Origin: Candidatus Binatia bacterium
GTDB taxonomy: Bacteria > Methylomirabilota > Methylomirabilia > Rokubacteriales > CSP1-6
Direction: 5' to 3'
Assembly: GCA_035574035.1 (NCBI GenBank)
Contig: DATLZL010000429.1
Location: forward strand, 1 to 53,979
Length of the DNA stretch: 53,979 bases
Below the pieces are notes generated by a model. It was given only the letters and a program-made list of their open reading frames with translations, was not told where the DNA came from and searched no databases. This document shows, piece by piece, positions 8,026 to 16,951 of this stretch. The stretch's first letter is position 1; every line of letters starts with the position of its first letter. Made by a program: the position numbers and the translations under genes.

Positions 8026-8747
8026 GGGCGCTCCGAGCCCCGGCGGCGGCCCTCGCCTCGGCCGCGCTTCTCCTGACCGGCGGCGGGTGCGGCCAGGGGC
8101 CGGCCGCGCCGGTGCAAGCCGCCGCCCCACGGGACCTGATGGCCGAGGCGGTGGAAGCCATGGCCCGCCGGGACTACGCCACGGCTGCCTCGGCCTTGCG
8201 GCGCGTCATCGAGCGCTCCCCGGACCACTTCGAGGCGCACTACCGCCTGGGGGTGAGCGCCAGCCACCTGGATCTCGCCGATGAGGCGACCAGGGAGTTC
8301 GAGTGGGTGGTTGCTCACGGCGGGGCGAACTCCCCGGAGGTCCGTCTGGCCCGCGACTGGCTGGCCGCCCGGCGCCGTCCGGCTCCCGACGAGACCCTCC
8401 CGCCGCCGACGTCCACACCGGACCCTACTCGGGCGACCCTTTCGGGCCGGGTGGTCTGGGAAGACAACGGGATCCAGCAGCCCCGCCCATGGGTACGCCT
8501 GTTCCTGCAAGGGGTGAAGGGAACCCCGGTGGAAGACGAGTTCTTCCGGGTCCAGACGGACCAGAACGGCGCCTACGAGATCACCGGCATACCCCCGGGA
8601 GAGTACCGCCTGACCGACCGGGGCTCGGGGACGACGACCTGGCGGCTGAAGGTCACGCTGAAGCCCGGCCAGAACGTGGTGCTCGACCTCTCCCCGGCCA
8701 ACAGCGTGCGGGTCCGGGACGATTTCCCCGACCCCGCCGGATCGTGA
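8004..8747 (+). CDS. lipoprotein with TPR-like region and carboxypeptidase-regulatory-like beta-sandwich domain
   Basis: An internal ATG at 8004 lies within track ORF 7455..8747. The signal peptide MASDLRLRALRAPAAALASAALLLTGGGC has a relaxed lipobox. A TPR-like helix pair follows (AMARRDYATAASALRRVIERSPDHFEAHYRLG). The C-terminus LSGRVVWEDNG...VQTDQNGAYEITGIPPGEYRL is typical of CarboxypepD_reg-like folds. Confidence 0.65.
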   Translation: MASDLRLRALRAPAAALASAALLLTGGGCGQGPAAPVQAAAPRDLMAEAVEAMARRDYATAASALRRVIERSPDHFEAHYRLGVSASHLDLADEATREFEWVVAHGGANSPEVRLARDWLAARRRPAPDETLPPPTSTPDPTRATLSGRVVWEDNGIQQPRPWVRLFLQGVKGTPVEDEFFRVQTDQNGAYEITGIPPGEYRLTDRGSGTTTWRLKVTLKPGQNVVLDLSPANSVRVRDDFPDPAGS

Positions 8748-8806
8748 CGCCGGCGAGCCGGAGGCGCCTCATCCGGGGCCGGACCTGCGCCGGGGTCCCG
8801 AAAACG

Positions 8807-8835
8807 TTGGTGACCGGGAGGGTGACTCCTATACT
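8807..8835 (+). promoter_or_regulatory. sigma-70-type promoter for pilMNOPQ
   Basis: The element is TTGGTG-N17-TATACT. It sits in an AT-enriched patch of otherwise GC-rich DNA, 22 nt upstream of the pilM GTG. Confidence 0.5.
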
Positions 8836-8857
8836 ACGAATCAGCGAGTGAGAATTC

Positions 8858-9910
8858 GTGCTCAAGATTCCATTCTTCAAGCGCACGACTAGCACCTTCG
8901 GGCTCGACATCGGCTCCAGCGCGGTCAAGGTCGTCCAGCTGGATCCGGAGGGCGCTTCCGTGGTGGCGCTCGGCACCGCAGCCTTGCCAGCCGATGTCAT
9001 CGCCGACGGCATGATCAAGGACCCGCCGACCTTGGTCGATGCCATCCGGGACGCCGTCGGCCGCGCCGGGGTGCGAGGCAAGGAAGCCGCCATCGGGGTC
9101 TCGGGCCGCGAGCTGATCATCAAGAAGGTCCAGATCCCCGAGGTACCGGCCAAGGAGCTGCGCGACGCCATCCAGCTCGAGGCCGAGCATCACATCCCTT
9201 TCGCCATCGACGAGGTGTTTCTCGACTACCACGTGATCGGCCGGCACGACGGGGTCATGGACCTGATCCTCGTCGCCGTCAAGAAATCGAAGGTCGTCGA
9301 GTACGTCGGCGTGGTGGAGGAGGCGGGGCTGAATCCGGTGGTGGTCGACGTGGACGGCTTCGCCCTGGGCAACCAGTTCGAGCTGAACCATCCGGACGAG
9401 CAGCGAGAGGCGGTGGCGCTGATCGACATCGGGGCCTCGGTCATGAAGACCAACGTGGTCCGCAACGGCGCCTCGATCTTCGCCCGCGACATCCCGTTCG
9501 GCGGCAACCACTACACCCAGGCCATCGCCCAGCACGTCAAGATACCGTTCGAGCAGGCCGAGGCGGCCAAGCTCGGACAGGACGTCGGCGTGAGCTGGGA
9601 GTCCCTGGTGCCGGCCCTGGAGGCGGTCTCCCGAGAACTCAGCCTGGAAGTCCAGCGCACCTTCGATTACTTCGCCTCCACCGCCGACTCCGAGCGCATC
9701 GGCAAGATCATGCTGGCCGGCGGCTGCGCCCTTCTACCCGGCCTGGCTGACTATCTCGCCTCGACCTGGGGTATCCCGGTCGAGGTCGTCCGGCCCTTCG
9801 CCCGCCTCGAGGTGCCGGCCTCGTATGCCGAGACGGTGGCGGCCTCGGGCCCGGCCCTGGCGGTGGCCGTCGGCCTGGCGCTGCGGCGCCCTGGAGACAA
9901 GGACGAATGA
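8858..9910 (+). CDS. pilM: type IV pilus assembly protein PilM (actin-like ATPase fold)
   Basis: FGLDIGSSAVKVVQL...IDIGASVMKTNV...GGNHYTQAIA...MLAGGCALLPGLADYL matches the PilM/FtsA-like signature. The start codon is GTG. Confidence 0.93.
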   Translation: MLKIPFFKRTTSTFGLDIGSSAVKVVQLDPEGASVVALGTAALPADVIADGMIKDPPTLVDAIRDAVGRAGVRGKEAAIGVSGRELIIKKVQIPEVPAKELRDAIQLEAEHHIPFAIDEVFLDYHVIGRHDGVMDLILVAVKKSKVVEYVGVVEEAGLNPVVVDVDGFALGNQFELNHPDEQREAVALIDIGASVMKTNVVRNGASIFARDIPFGGNHYTQAIAQHVKIPFEQAEAAKLGQDVGVSWESLVPALEAVSRELSLEVQRTFDYFASTADSERIGKIMLAGGCALLPGLADYLASTWGIPVEVVRPFARLEVPASYAETVAASGPALAVAVGLALRRPGDKDE

Positions 9911-10461
9911 TCCGCATCAACCTCGCGCCTTCCGGAGAGCGCCGCCGGGCCGCCATCGCGTTCCGGGTGCCGAGTGTCAACCTCGGGGCGGTGTTCCTCG
10001 TCCTCTACCTCGCGGCTGGAACAGGACTCACGGCGTGGTGGTGGAGCCTTCGGACGGAAGAGCGCCGGCTCGCCGCGGACATCGACGCCATGAATCGGGA
10101 GCTGACGACGCTCCGGGCCATCACCGGCCAGACGGCGCAGGTCAAGGCCCAGGCGGCCGAGCTGCGCCAGCGTCTCCAGGTCATCGAACAGCTCACCAGG
10201 CACCAGGACCGGCCGCTGGCTCTCCTGGACGCCTTCGCCGACATGGTTCCCAAGGACCTCTGGATCACCGCGCTGGAAGAAAAGGGCATGACCCTGACGG
10301 TGAAGGGTACGGCCTTCTCCACCACCGCGGTCGCGGACTTCATGCAGAACCTCCGGCAATCCGGGCGCTTCAAGGACGTGGACATCCTCGTCGCCCGGCA
10401 GGATCTCACCAAGCCAACGCGGCAGGTCACCTTCGAGGTGACGTGCCGGTACGAGGGCTGA
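9907..10461 (+). CDS. pilN: type IV pilus assembly protein PilN
   Basis: The N-terminus MIRINLAPS is followed by a single TM helix, a coiled coil and a ferredoxin-like C-terminus. The ATGA overlaps the pilM stop. Confidence 0.9.
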   Translation: MIRINLAPSGERRRAAIAFRVPSVNLGAVFLVLYLAAGTGLTAWWWSLRTEERRLAADIDAMNRELTTLRAITGQTAQVKAQAAELRQRLQVIEQLTRHQDRPLALLDAFADMVPKDLWITALEEKGMTLTVKGTAFSTTAVADFMQNLRQSGRFKDVDILVARQDLTKPTRQVTFEVTCRYEG

Positions 10462-10465
10462 CCGG

Positions 10466-11080
10466 ATGACGTGGCCCGCCTTCCTCGAGCCGCTGATCAG
10501 CGCACCGCGCTGGCAGAAGGTGGTCCTCGGCGTCCTCGGACTGGCCATCCTGGGCGCGGGAACGTACTTCCTGCTCCTCTCCCCTCTCGAGATCCGCGTC
10601 GGCGGCCTGCGAAGCCAGCAAGCCTCCCTCCAGCGCGAGGTGATCGCGGCCCGGGCGGCAGCCAACGAGGTCAACCGGACGCGCCGAGAGATCGCCGAGC
10701 TGACCGCGAAGCTCGATGTCCTGAAGGACAGGCTCCCGACGGAGAAGGAAATGCCCGCGCTCTTCCGGAGCGTGACGGACGCCGCCTACCAGGCAGGGCT
10801 CCAGGTAGCGCTGTTCCAGCCCCGGGAGGGCCGGATCCGCGACTATTACGTGGAGATTCCGATCGGCCTCACGGCCGAGAGCGGATATCACCAGCTCGGT
10901 GAGTTCTTCGAGAAGGTCTCGAGACTCCCTCGGCTCGTCAACGTAGCCGAGATCAAGGTGAGCGGGCTCAGCAAGGGCCCCGCCCCGCTCCGAGCCGAGC
11001 TGACGCTCGCCACGTACCAGTACCGGCCGGTCGGCTCCCCACCGGCCCCCAAGACGGGCCAGCCCGAGGCCAAGAAATGA
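10466..11080 (+). CDS. pilO: type IV pilus assembly protein PilO
   Basis: It has a TM helix and a coiled coil. The PilO core reads LPTEKEMPALFRSVTDAAYQAGLQVALFQP...YHQLGEFFEKVSRLPRLVNV. Confidence 0.9.
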   Translation: MTWPAFLEPLISAPRWQKVVLGVLGLAILGAGTYFLLLSPLEIRVGGLRSQQASLQREVIAARAAANEVNRTRREIAELTAKLDVLKDRLPTEKEMPALFRSVTDAAYQAGLQVALFQPREGRIRDYYVEIPIGLTAESGYHQLGEFFEKVSRLPRLVNVAEIKVSGLSKGPAPLRAELTLATYQYRPVGSPPAPKTGQPEAKK

Positions 11081-11547
11081 GGGCGGCCGCCGGCCTGGTC
11101 CTGCTCGCGCTCGCGGCCGGGTGCACCGGCTCGCCCGCGCCTGCTCCTGCTCCGGTTTCGAATCTCCAGGCCCCGGTCCCGGCGCCGCCTCCCCCGCCGA
11201 CGGCAGGGTCCACAGTGGCGGCGGCACCGATTCCGCCCCTCCCCGAGCCGCGGAACCTGGAATACGACCCGCGCGGACGGCGCGACCCCTTCGAGACCCT
11301 GGAAGTCCGGGAGGGCGCGAGCGGGCCGACGGTCGCCTCGGCCAGGCTCACCGGCATCGTCCGGAGCGGCCAGGGCCTACTCGCCCTGGTCGAAACCGCC
11401 GACGGGCTGGGATACATCCTGAAGCCCGGCGACACGCTGGGAGACGGCCGGCTCGTCGAGATCGGCCCCGACAGCGTCGTCTTTCGCGTGCCGACGCGCG
11501 CGGGCTCCACCACGGACCGAGTGGTCCTCAAACTGCCGGGTGACTGA
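11077..11547 (+). CDS. pilP: type IV pilus assembly lipoprotein PilP
   Basis: The lipobox is LALAAGC and a Pro-rich linker follows. The PilP beta-domain reads RDPFETL...LTGIVRSGQGLLALVETADGLGYILKPGDTLGDGRLVEI. The ATGA overlaps the pilO stop. Confidence 0.88.
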   Translation: MRAAAGLVLLALAAGCTGSPAPAPAPVSNLQAPVPAPPPPPTAGSTVAAAPIPPLPEPRNLEYDPRGRRDPFETLEVREGASGPTVASARLTGIVRSGQGLLALVETADGLGYILKPGDTLGDGRLVEIGPDSVVFRVPTRAGSTTDRVVLKLPGD

Positions 11548-13935
11548 ATGAGCGAACAGCGAAACCAGGCGTTGCTCAGAGTCGCGTGCGCCATCCTGCT
11601 GGTCCTCGTGCTGGCGGCGTCCGGCGACGCCGCCTCGGCCGCCCCGGACCTCACGTGGGCGCGGCTGGCGGAGGTGACCGTCAAGCACCAGCCGGACGCA
11701 ACCGTCGTCCACGTCAAGACGGCCGGTGCGGCTCGCTATCGAGCCGAGCTGATCGACTCGCCGGACCGTCTCGTGCTCGACCTGGAGGACACCGTGTACG
11801 GCTGGCGCAAGACGCCGCTGGTGGTCGACCGGGCGCCGGTGAAGGCCATCCGCGGCAGTCAGTACCGGCGGGGGGTCGCCCGGCTGGTCCTGGAGTTCAC
11901 CCGCAAGGTCGGGTACGCGATCCGCGAGGACGCCGACGGTCTCAGCATCGTCATCCCGACCGCCGCGCTACCGCCCCAGGCCGCCGAGGCTTCGCCGGCC
12001 GCGCCGAAGGTCCTCGCAGCGACCGTCGAGCCGGCCGTGAAGCCGGAAGACGCCGGGGCCGCGGCCCGCCCGGCCGGTTCCGAGGCGATGAAGGTCGAGC
12101 CGACCGCGCCGCCCCCGGGTGCGATTCTCCCGGCGCCCCGGGCGATGGCCGCGCGGAAGGAGCCAGTCCCGGCCGGCCCCGTGCGCGTCGCGCAGACGCA
12201 GGCCGCACCGGCGGCGCCGGCCAACGGACGACTCATCTCCCTGGACTTCAAGGACGCCGACGTCGTCAACCTGCTCCGCATCCTGGCCGCGGAGAGCGGC
12301 CGCAACATCGTCATCGGCGACGACGTCAAGGGCAAGATGTCGATCTCCCTCAGGAACGTCCCCTGGGACCTGGCGCTGGACACCATCCTGTCCGTCCGCG
12401 GCCTGGAGCGCCTCGAGCGCGACGGCGTGATGCGGATCGTCTCCACCGAGCAGCTCACGAAGGAGCGCGAGGCCCGGGCCCGCGTGGAGGAGGCCAAGAT
12501 CAAGGGCGAGGCCGAGGCCCGCGCCAAGCTGGCCGAGGCTCAGGTGAAGGAGGCGGAGGCCATCCAGCGCAAGCTGGCCGCCCAGGCGGCCCAGCGCGAA
12601 GCCGAGGCGCGCGGCCCCCTTCGCGAGGAGACGGTCCGCCTCTCGTACGCGGATCCGGAAGAGGTAGCCAAGACCCTCCAGGGCATCCTCGGCATCCCGG
12701 CCGAGGGGCAGAAGATCCAGGGGCCCGGCTACATTTCGGGGCCGATCGCCGAGCCGCCGTTCTCCCAGCTCTTCGGCCCGGGTGCACCGGCCACTCCGCC
12801 GGCTCCCCCGATCTCCGTGTCCCAGGACGTGCTGGCCAAAGGGCTGACGATCCGGGCTCACAAGCCCACCAACACGCTCTTTCTCCGACTTCACGCGGCG
12901 GACCTCGAGCGCGTGAAGACGCTGATCCGCGAGTCGCTCGACGTGCCCCTGCCCCAGGTGAAAATTGAGGCCCGGATGGAGATCCTCGACCGCACCGCGC
13001 TGGAGCAGATCGGCATCCAGTGGGGCGGCTTCGTCGCCGGTAATGCCGGTTCGCAGACGCTGGTCGGGCAGGGACTTCAGACCACGACGCTCGGTGGCCA
13101 GACGGTGCCGTTCCTGCCCGGGTTTATTGCGGGGAACACGAACATCGTCGATCCTACTCCGCCGGTGAACATCAACCCTGTCAATCCCAACCTGACGCTG
13201 GGCCCGACCGGCTCGGGTGGCATGCCGGTCAGCTTCCAGACCGGGCTGCCGCTGGGCGGCAACCTCGTGAACCTTCCGATCAGCGCGCTGCCCAACGCCG
13301 GTCCCCTGCCGGCGGCTGGGCTCGCCTTCGGCATCATCGGGACGAAGTTCAACGTCAACCTGGCCCTGCAGGCCCTGGCTTCCCAGGGCAAGACCCGGAC
13401 CTTGGCCCGCCCGGAGATCGTCACCGTCGAGAACAGCAAGGCGGTGATGTCACTCGGCGAGGAGATCCCGTACGCCACCATCAGCTCGGCCGGCACCCAG
13501 ATCCAGTTCAAGGAGGCCCTCCTGAAGCTGGAGGTGACGCCGACCGTGATTCGCGAAGGCGACGAGACCAAGATCAAGATGGTCGTCATCGTCGAGAACA
13601 ACTCCCGTGGCGACGTCGTGAACCTCGGCAACGCCGGCGCGCCGCCCGCCATCAACCGGCGCAAGGCCGAGACCCAGGTCCTGATCCGCGAAGGTGACCG
13701 TCTGGTGATCGGCGGCGTCACGACGAGCGTGAACCAGAACACCGTCCGAAAGGTCCCGCTGCTGGGTGACGTCCCCATCCTGGGCCACCTGTTCAAGCAG
13801 CGGGAGGACTTCGAGACGGGACGGGAGCTCGTGGTGTTCCTCACGCCGACGGTGCTCCGGACGCCTCCACCGGCCACGGCGGCCGCCACGCCAGCCCCGA
13901 TCCCCGGCCCTCCGGCGACCCCGACCCCTCGCTGA
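11548..13935 (+). CDS. pilQ: type IV pilus secretin PilQ (AMIN domain, N0/secretin_N domains and C-terminal secretin domain)
   Basis: The protein is 795 aa. The AMIN-like N-terminus reads VVHVKTAGAARYRAELIDSPDRLVLDLEDT.... The N0 domain reads ISLDFKDADVVNLLRILAAESGRNIVI. The C-terminal secretin motifs read RPEIVTVENSKAVMSLGEEIPY...VPLLGDVPILGHLFK. Confidence 0.93.
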   Translation: MSEQRNQALLRVACAILLVLVLAASGDAASAAPDLTWARLAEVTVKHQPDATVVHVKTAGAARYRAELIDSPDRLVLDLEDTVYGWRKTPLVVDRAPVKAIRGSQYRRGVARLVLEFTRKVGYAIREDADGLSIVIPTAALPPQAAEASPAAPKVLAATVEPAVKPEDAGAAARPAGSEAMKVEPTAPPPGAILPAPRAMAARKEPVPAGPVRVAQTQAAPAAPANGRLISLDFKDADVVNLLRILAAESGRNIVIGDDVKGKMSISLRNVPWDLALDTILSVRGLERLERDGVMRIVSTEQLTKEREARARVEEAKIKGEAEARAKLAEAQVKEAEAIQRKLAAQAAQREAEARGPLREETVRLSYADPEEVAKTLQGILGIPAEGQKIQGPGYISGPIAEPPFSQLFGPGAPATPPAPPISVSQDVLAKGLTIRAHKPTNTLFLRLHAADLERVKTLIRESLDVPLPQVKIEARMEILDRTALEQIGIQWGGFVAGNAGSQTLVGQGLQTTTLGGQTVPFLPGFIAGNTNIVDPTPPVNINPVNPNLTLGPTGSGGMPVSFQTGLPLGGNLVNLPISALPNAGPLPAAGLAFGIIGTKFNVNLALQALASQGKTRTLARPEIVTVENSKAVMSLGEEIPYATISSAGTQIQFKEALLKLEVTPTVIREGDETKIKMVVIVENNSRGDVVNLGNAGAPPAINRRKAETQVLIREGDRLVIGGVTTSVNQNTVRKVPLLGDVPILGHLFKQREDFETGRELVVFLTPTVLRTPPPATAAATPAPIPGPPATPTPR

Positions 13936-13942
13936 ACCCGAG

Positions 13943-13970
13943 CCGGCGGGCGGCTTGGGCCGCCCGCCGG
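13943..13970 (+). terminator. GC-rich hairpin after pilQ (putative terminator; no U-tract)
   Basis: A perfect 12-bp inverted repeat, CCGGCGGGCGGC-ttgg-GCCGCCCGCCGG, begins 8 nt after the pilQ stop. Confidence 0.5.
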
Positions 13971-14007
13971 GCGCCGTGGTACTCTCGTGCCCGCGAGTGG
14001 GCCTGCC

Positions 14008-15186
14008 ATGGCCGACGTCTTCCGCTTCCTGACCGCTGGGGAATCGCACGGGGAAGCCCTGACCGCCGTGGTCGAGGGCGTCCCGGCCGGGCTGCCCCTG
14101 ACCGCCGAGCACATCAATGCCGACCTGGCGCGCCGGCAGCGTGGCTACGGGCGCGGCGGACGCATGAAGATCGAACAGGATCAGGTGCGCATCCTGTCCG
14201 GGGTGCGCTGGGGTCTGACGCTCGGCAGTCCGATCACGCTGCAGATCGCCAACCGCGACTGGGAGAACTGGAAAGCTACGATGGCCGTCGAGCCACCGGA
14301 GCCCGGGGCGGCGGTCCGTAAACAGGTGACCCGGCCCCGGCCCGGACACGCCGATCTGCCGGGTGCCATGAAGTACGGGCACCGGGACATCCGCAACGTG
14401 CTGGAGCGCTCCAGCGCGCGCGAGACGACGGCCCGGGTGGCCGTAGCCGGCGTGGCCCGACGGCTCCTGGCCGAGTTCGGCATCCAGATCTTGAGCCACG
14501 TCGTGGAAATCGGCGGCGTCCGGGTGCCGCCCGATCTGACGCTCTCCTGGGACGAGCTGGCCCGCCGGGCCGAGGCCTCCGAAGTACGGTGCGTCGACCC
14601 CACCACCGAGGCGGCGATGATCGCCGCCATCGACGAGGCCCGGAGCAAGGGAGACACCCTGGGCGGAGTGTTCGAGGTGATCGCACTGGGGTGTCCCGTC
14701 GGCCTCGGTTCGTACGCCCACTGGGACCGCCGCCTCGACGGCCGCCTGGCCCAGGCCTTCTGCTCCATTCAGGCCATCAAGGGATGCGAGTTCGGCCTCG
14801 GCTTCGAGACCGCACGCCGGCCCGGCTCCGCCGTGCACGACGAGATCCTCTTTGACGCCGAGCAGGGATTCGCGCGGACGAGCAACAACGCCGGCGGACT
14901 GGAGGGAGGGGTCACCAACGGCCAGCCCGTGGTGGTCCGGGCCGCGATGAAGCCGCTGTCGACCCTGCGCACACCGCTCCGGTCGGTGGATCTCAACACC
15001 AAGGAGGCGGTCGAGGCGGTGGTGGAGCGCAGCGATGTCTGCGCCGTCCCGGCGGCGAGCGTCGTGGGCGAGGCCATGATGGCGATCGTCCTCGCCAACG
15101 CCTTTCTTGAAAAGTTCGGCGGCGACAGCCTGGATGAAATCCGGCGCAACCACGCCGGCTACCTCGACAGCCTGAGGCGCTGGTAG
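14008..15186 (+). CDS. aroC: chorismate synthase
   Basis: [29 protein letters not shown]...[14 protein letters not shown]...RPGHADL...ERSSARETT are hallmark AroC motifs. The track ORF starts 7 codons earlier at GTG 13987, and either start is possible. Confidence 0.93.
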   Translation: MADVFRFLTAGESHGEALTAVVEGVPAGLPLTAEHINADLARRQRGYGRGGRMKIEQDQVRILSGVRWGLTLGSPITLQIANRDWENWKATMAVEPPEPGAAVRKQVTRPRPGHADLPGAMKYGHRDIRNVLERSSARETTARVAVAGVARRLLAEFGIQILSHVVEIGGVRVPPDLTLSWDELARRAEASEVRCVDPTTEAAMIAAIDEARSKGDTLGGVFEVIALGCPVGLGSYAHWDRRLDGRLAQAFCSIQAIKGCEFGLGFETARRPGSAVHDEILFDAEQGFARTSNNAGGLEGGVTNGQPVVVRAAMKPLSTLRTPLRSVDLNTKEAVEAVVERSDVCAVPAASVVGEAMMAIVLANAFLEKFGGDSLDEIRRNHAGYLDSLRRW

Positions 15187-15198
15187 CCCGGGGCGAGC

Positions 15199-16287
15199 TT
15201 GGTCGTCCAGGTCGACCTCGGCGGGGGCTACACCATCGTGGTCGAGCGTGGCGCTTTGGCCGGCGTCGGCGCGCGGCTCCGGGATCTCGGCGTCGGCACC
15301 CGAGCCGCGCTTGTCAGCGCCGCCCCCGTCCTGGCCTGCCACGGCAAGACCGTGATCGCGAGCTTGGAGCGAGCCGGTTTCCAGGTCATCACGGTGGAGG
15401 TACCCGACGGGGAGGCGGCCAAGACGCTCGACGTGGCCTGGCACTGCTGGAATGCCCTGCTGGAGGGCGGGCTGGACCGAACCTCGACCGTCCTGGCTCT
15501 GGGCGGCGGAGCGGTCGGCGACCTCGCCGGGTTCGTCGCCGGCACGTACATGCGAGGCGTGAACCTGGTGCACCTGCCGACCACGGTCCTGGCCCAGGTG
15601 GATGCTTCCATCGGCGGCAAGGCCGCCATCGACCACCCGCAAGCCAAGAACCTCATCGGCGTGTTCCACCAGCCGCGCCTGGTCGTGGCCGATCCAGCGA
15701 CGCTCGCCACCCTACCCGAGCGCGAGTTCCGGTCGGGGCTGGCCGAGGTGGTCAAGCACGGCATCGTCCTCGACGCCGCCTACTTCGCCGACCTCGAGGC
15801 CAGCGTGACGGCCATCGTAACCCGGGACCCGGCGACGCTGGAGCGTGTGATCGGGGGGTCCTGCCGACTCAAGGCCGCCGTCGTCGAGCGTGACGAGCGC
15901 GAGTCCGACCTGCGGGCGGTGCTCAACTACGGCCACACGATCGGTCACGCCCTCGAAGCCGCGACCGGGTACGCCCGCTGGAGCCACGGGGAGGCCGTCG
16001 CGTTGGGCATCGTGGCCGAGGCGCGGCTGGCCGAGCGCCTCCGCCTGGCCGACGAGGCCACGGTGGAGCGCCAGGAACGGCTGCTGGCGGCGTTCGGCCT
16101 GCCGACGGCGGCGGCGGACATCGACGTCGACCGGATCCTGGCGGCGGTGCGCCACGACAAGAAGTCCCGAGACGGGCGAGTCCCGTTCGTCCTGGCCCCG
16201 GCGATCGGCCGGTTCGAGCTCGTGTTCGGCGTCCCGGAGGCCGACGTGCGGGCCGTCCTCGCCAGCCTCGGTGCGAGGCGCCATTGA
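15199..16287 (+). CDS. aroB: 3-dehydroquinate synthase
   Basis: LGGGAVGDLAGFVAGTYMRGVNLVHLPTTVLAQVDASIGGK...NYGHTIGHALE are the AroB nucleotide- and metal-binding motifs. The start codon is TTG. Confidence 0.92.
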   Translation: MVVQVDLGGGYTIVVERGALAGVGARLRDLGVGTRAALVSAAPVLACHGKTVIASLERAGFQVITVEVPDGEAAKTLDVAWHCWNALLEGGLDRTSTVLALGGGAVGDLAGFVAGTYMRGVNLVHLPTTVLAQVDASIGGKAAIDHPQAKNLIGVFHQPRLVVADPATLATLPEREFRSGLAEVVKHGIVLDAAYFADLEASVTAIVTRDPATLERVIGGSCRLKAAVVERDERESDLRAVLNYGHTIGHALEAATGYARWSHGEAVALGIVAEARLAERLRLADEATVERQERLLAAFGLPTAAADIDVDRILAAVRHDKKSRDGRVPFVLAPAIGRFELVFGVPEADVRAVLASLGARRH

Positions 16288-16313
16288 CAACGCAAAGTAG
16301 CGAACCGTATAAG
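16284..16313 (+). promoter_or_regulatory. sigma-70-type promoter overlapping the aroB stop codon
   Basis: The element is TTGACA-N18-TATAAG in an AT-enriched patch. The -10 box ends 9 nt before the ATG at 16323, which implies a very short or absent leader. Confidence 0.5.
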
Positions 16314-16322
16314 AGTTTCGTC

Positions 16323-16946
16323 ATGCCGGCGGAGGATTCGACCCTGTCCGGCGCCATCCGCCGGCTCGAGGAGCGACTGGCGCGGGAGGATTCAGCCCTC
16401 GCCTTCGCCCACCTGGCCGATCTCTACCGGAAGGCCGGCCGAGGTCAGGACGCCGTGGCTCTCTGTCGCGAGGGCCTGGCCCGTTATCCGCAGTACACGA
16501 CGGCGCGGCTCATCCTCGCCAAGGCCCTGCTGGCCGAGGGCGAGCTGGACGAGGCGCTCGCCGAGACCCAGAGAATTCTCGACGCGAGCCCGGGCGACGC
16601 CCAGGCGCATCGGCTGCTGGCCGAGGTGTACCGCCGCCTGGGCCGCCTGGACGCAGCCGTCGAGCACCTGGAGGCGGCGGTCCGCCTGGATCCCGGCGAC
16701 CGCGAGTCGCGAGCGCTGCTCGCACTGCTGGCCTCCCCGCCGGCGGGCGAACCGACCGGGCTCGCCCGGATCCTGGCCGACGACACCTTCGCCACCATGG
16801 CTTTCGGCGCGATATGCCTGGACCAGGGCCTGGGGGACGAGGCGGCCCAGGTCTTCGCCCGGATTGTGCGAAAGGATCCCGACAATGCCGGCGCCCGGGC
16901 CGGCCTGGAGGCCGCGCTCCGGTTGCGCCCCAGACGGAAGGGTTAG
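16323..16946 (+). CDS. TPR repeat protein
   Basis: TPR-like repeats are present (ADLYRKAGRGQDAVALCREGLARYPQY, LAKALLAEGELDEALAETQRILDASPGD, LAEVYRRLGRLDAAVEHLEAAVRLDPGD). The track start (TTG 16284) coincides with the -35 box above, so I prefer the ATG at 16323. Confidence 0.7.
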   Translation: MPAEDSTLSGAIRRLEERLAREDSALAFAHLADLYRKAGRGQDAVALCREGLARYPQYTTARLILAKALLAEGELDEALAETQRILDASPGDAQAHRLLAEVYRRLGRLDAAVEHLEAAVRLDPGDRESRALLALLASPPAGEPTGLARILADDTFATMAFGAICLDQGLGDEAAQVFARIVRKDPDNAGARAGLEAALRLRPRRKG

Positions 16947-16951
16947 GTGTC

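Noticed and set aside
13450-15669. A 739-aa minus-strand ORF. Similar long ORFs occur at 19734..21464, 40929..42539, 43088..44851, 49392..51044, 6541..8130, 32260..33732, 30539..31936, 28466..30499 and 11586..12968
   Set aside because: All overlap strongly recognisable genes (aroC/aroB, the liv binding protein, thiL/CNNM, CNNM/DLH, secY, the pilins, hyuA, the TAXI receptor, the TRAP permease and pilQ) on the opposite strand or in another frame. All have the Arg/Gly/Pro-rich composition typical of GC-driven artefacts.
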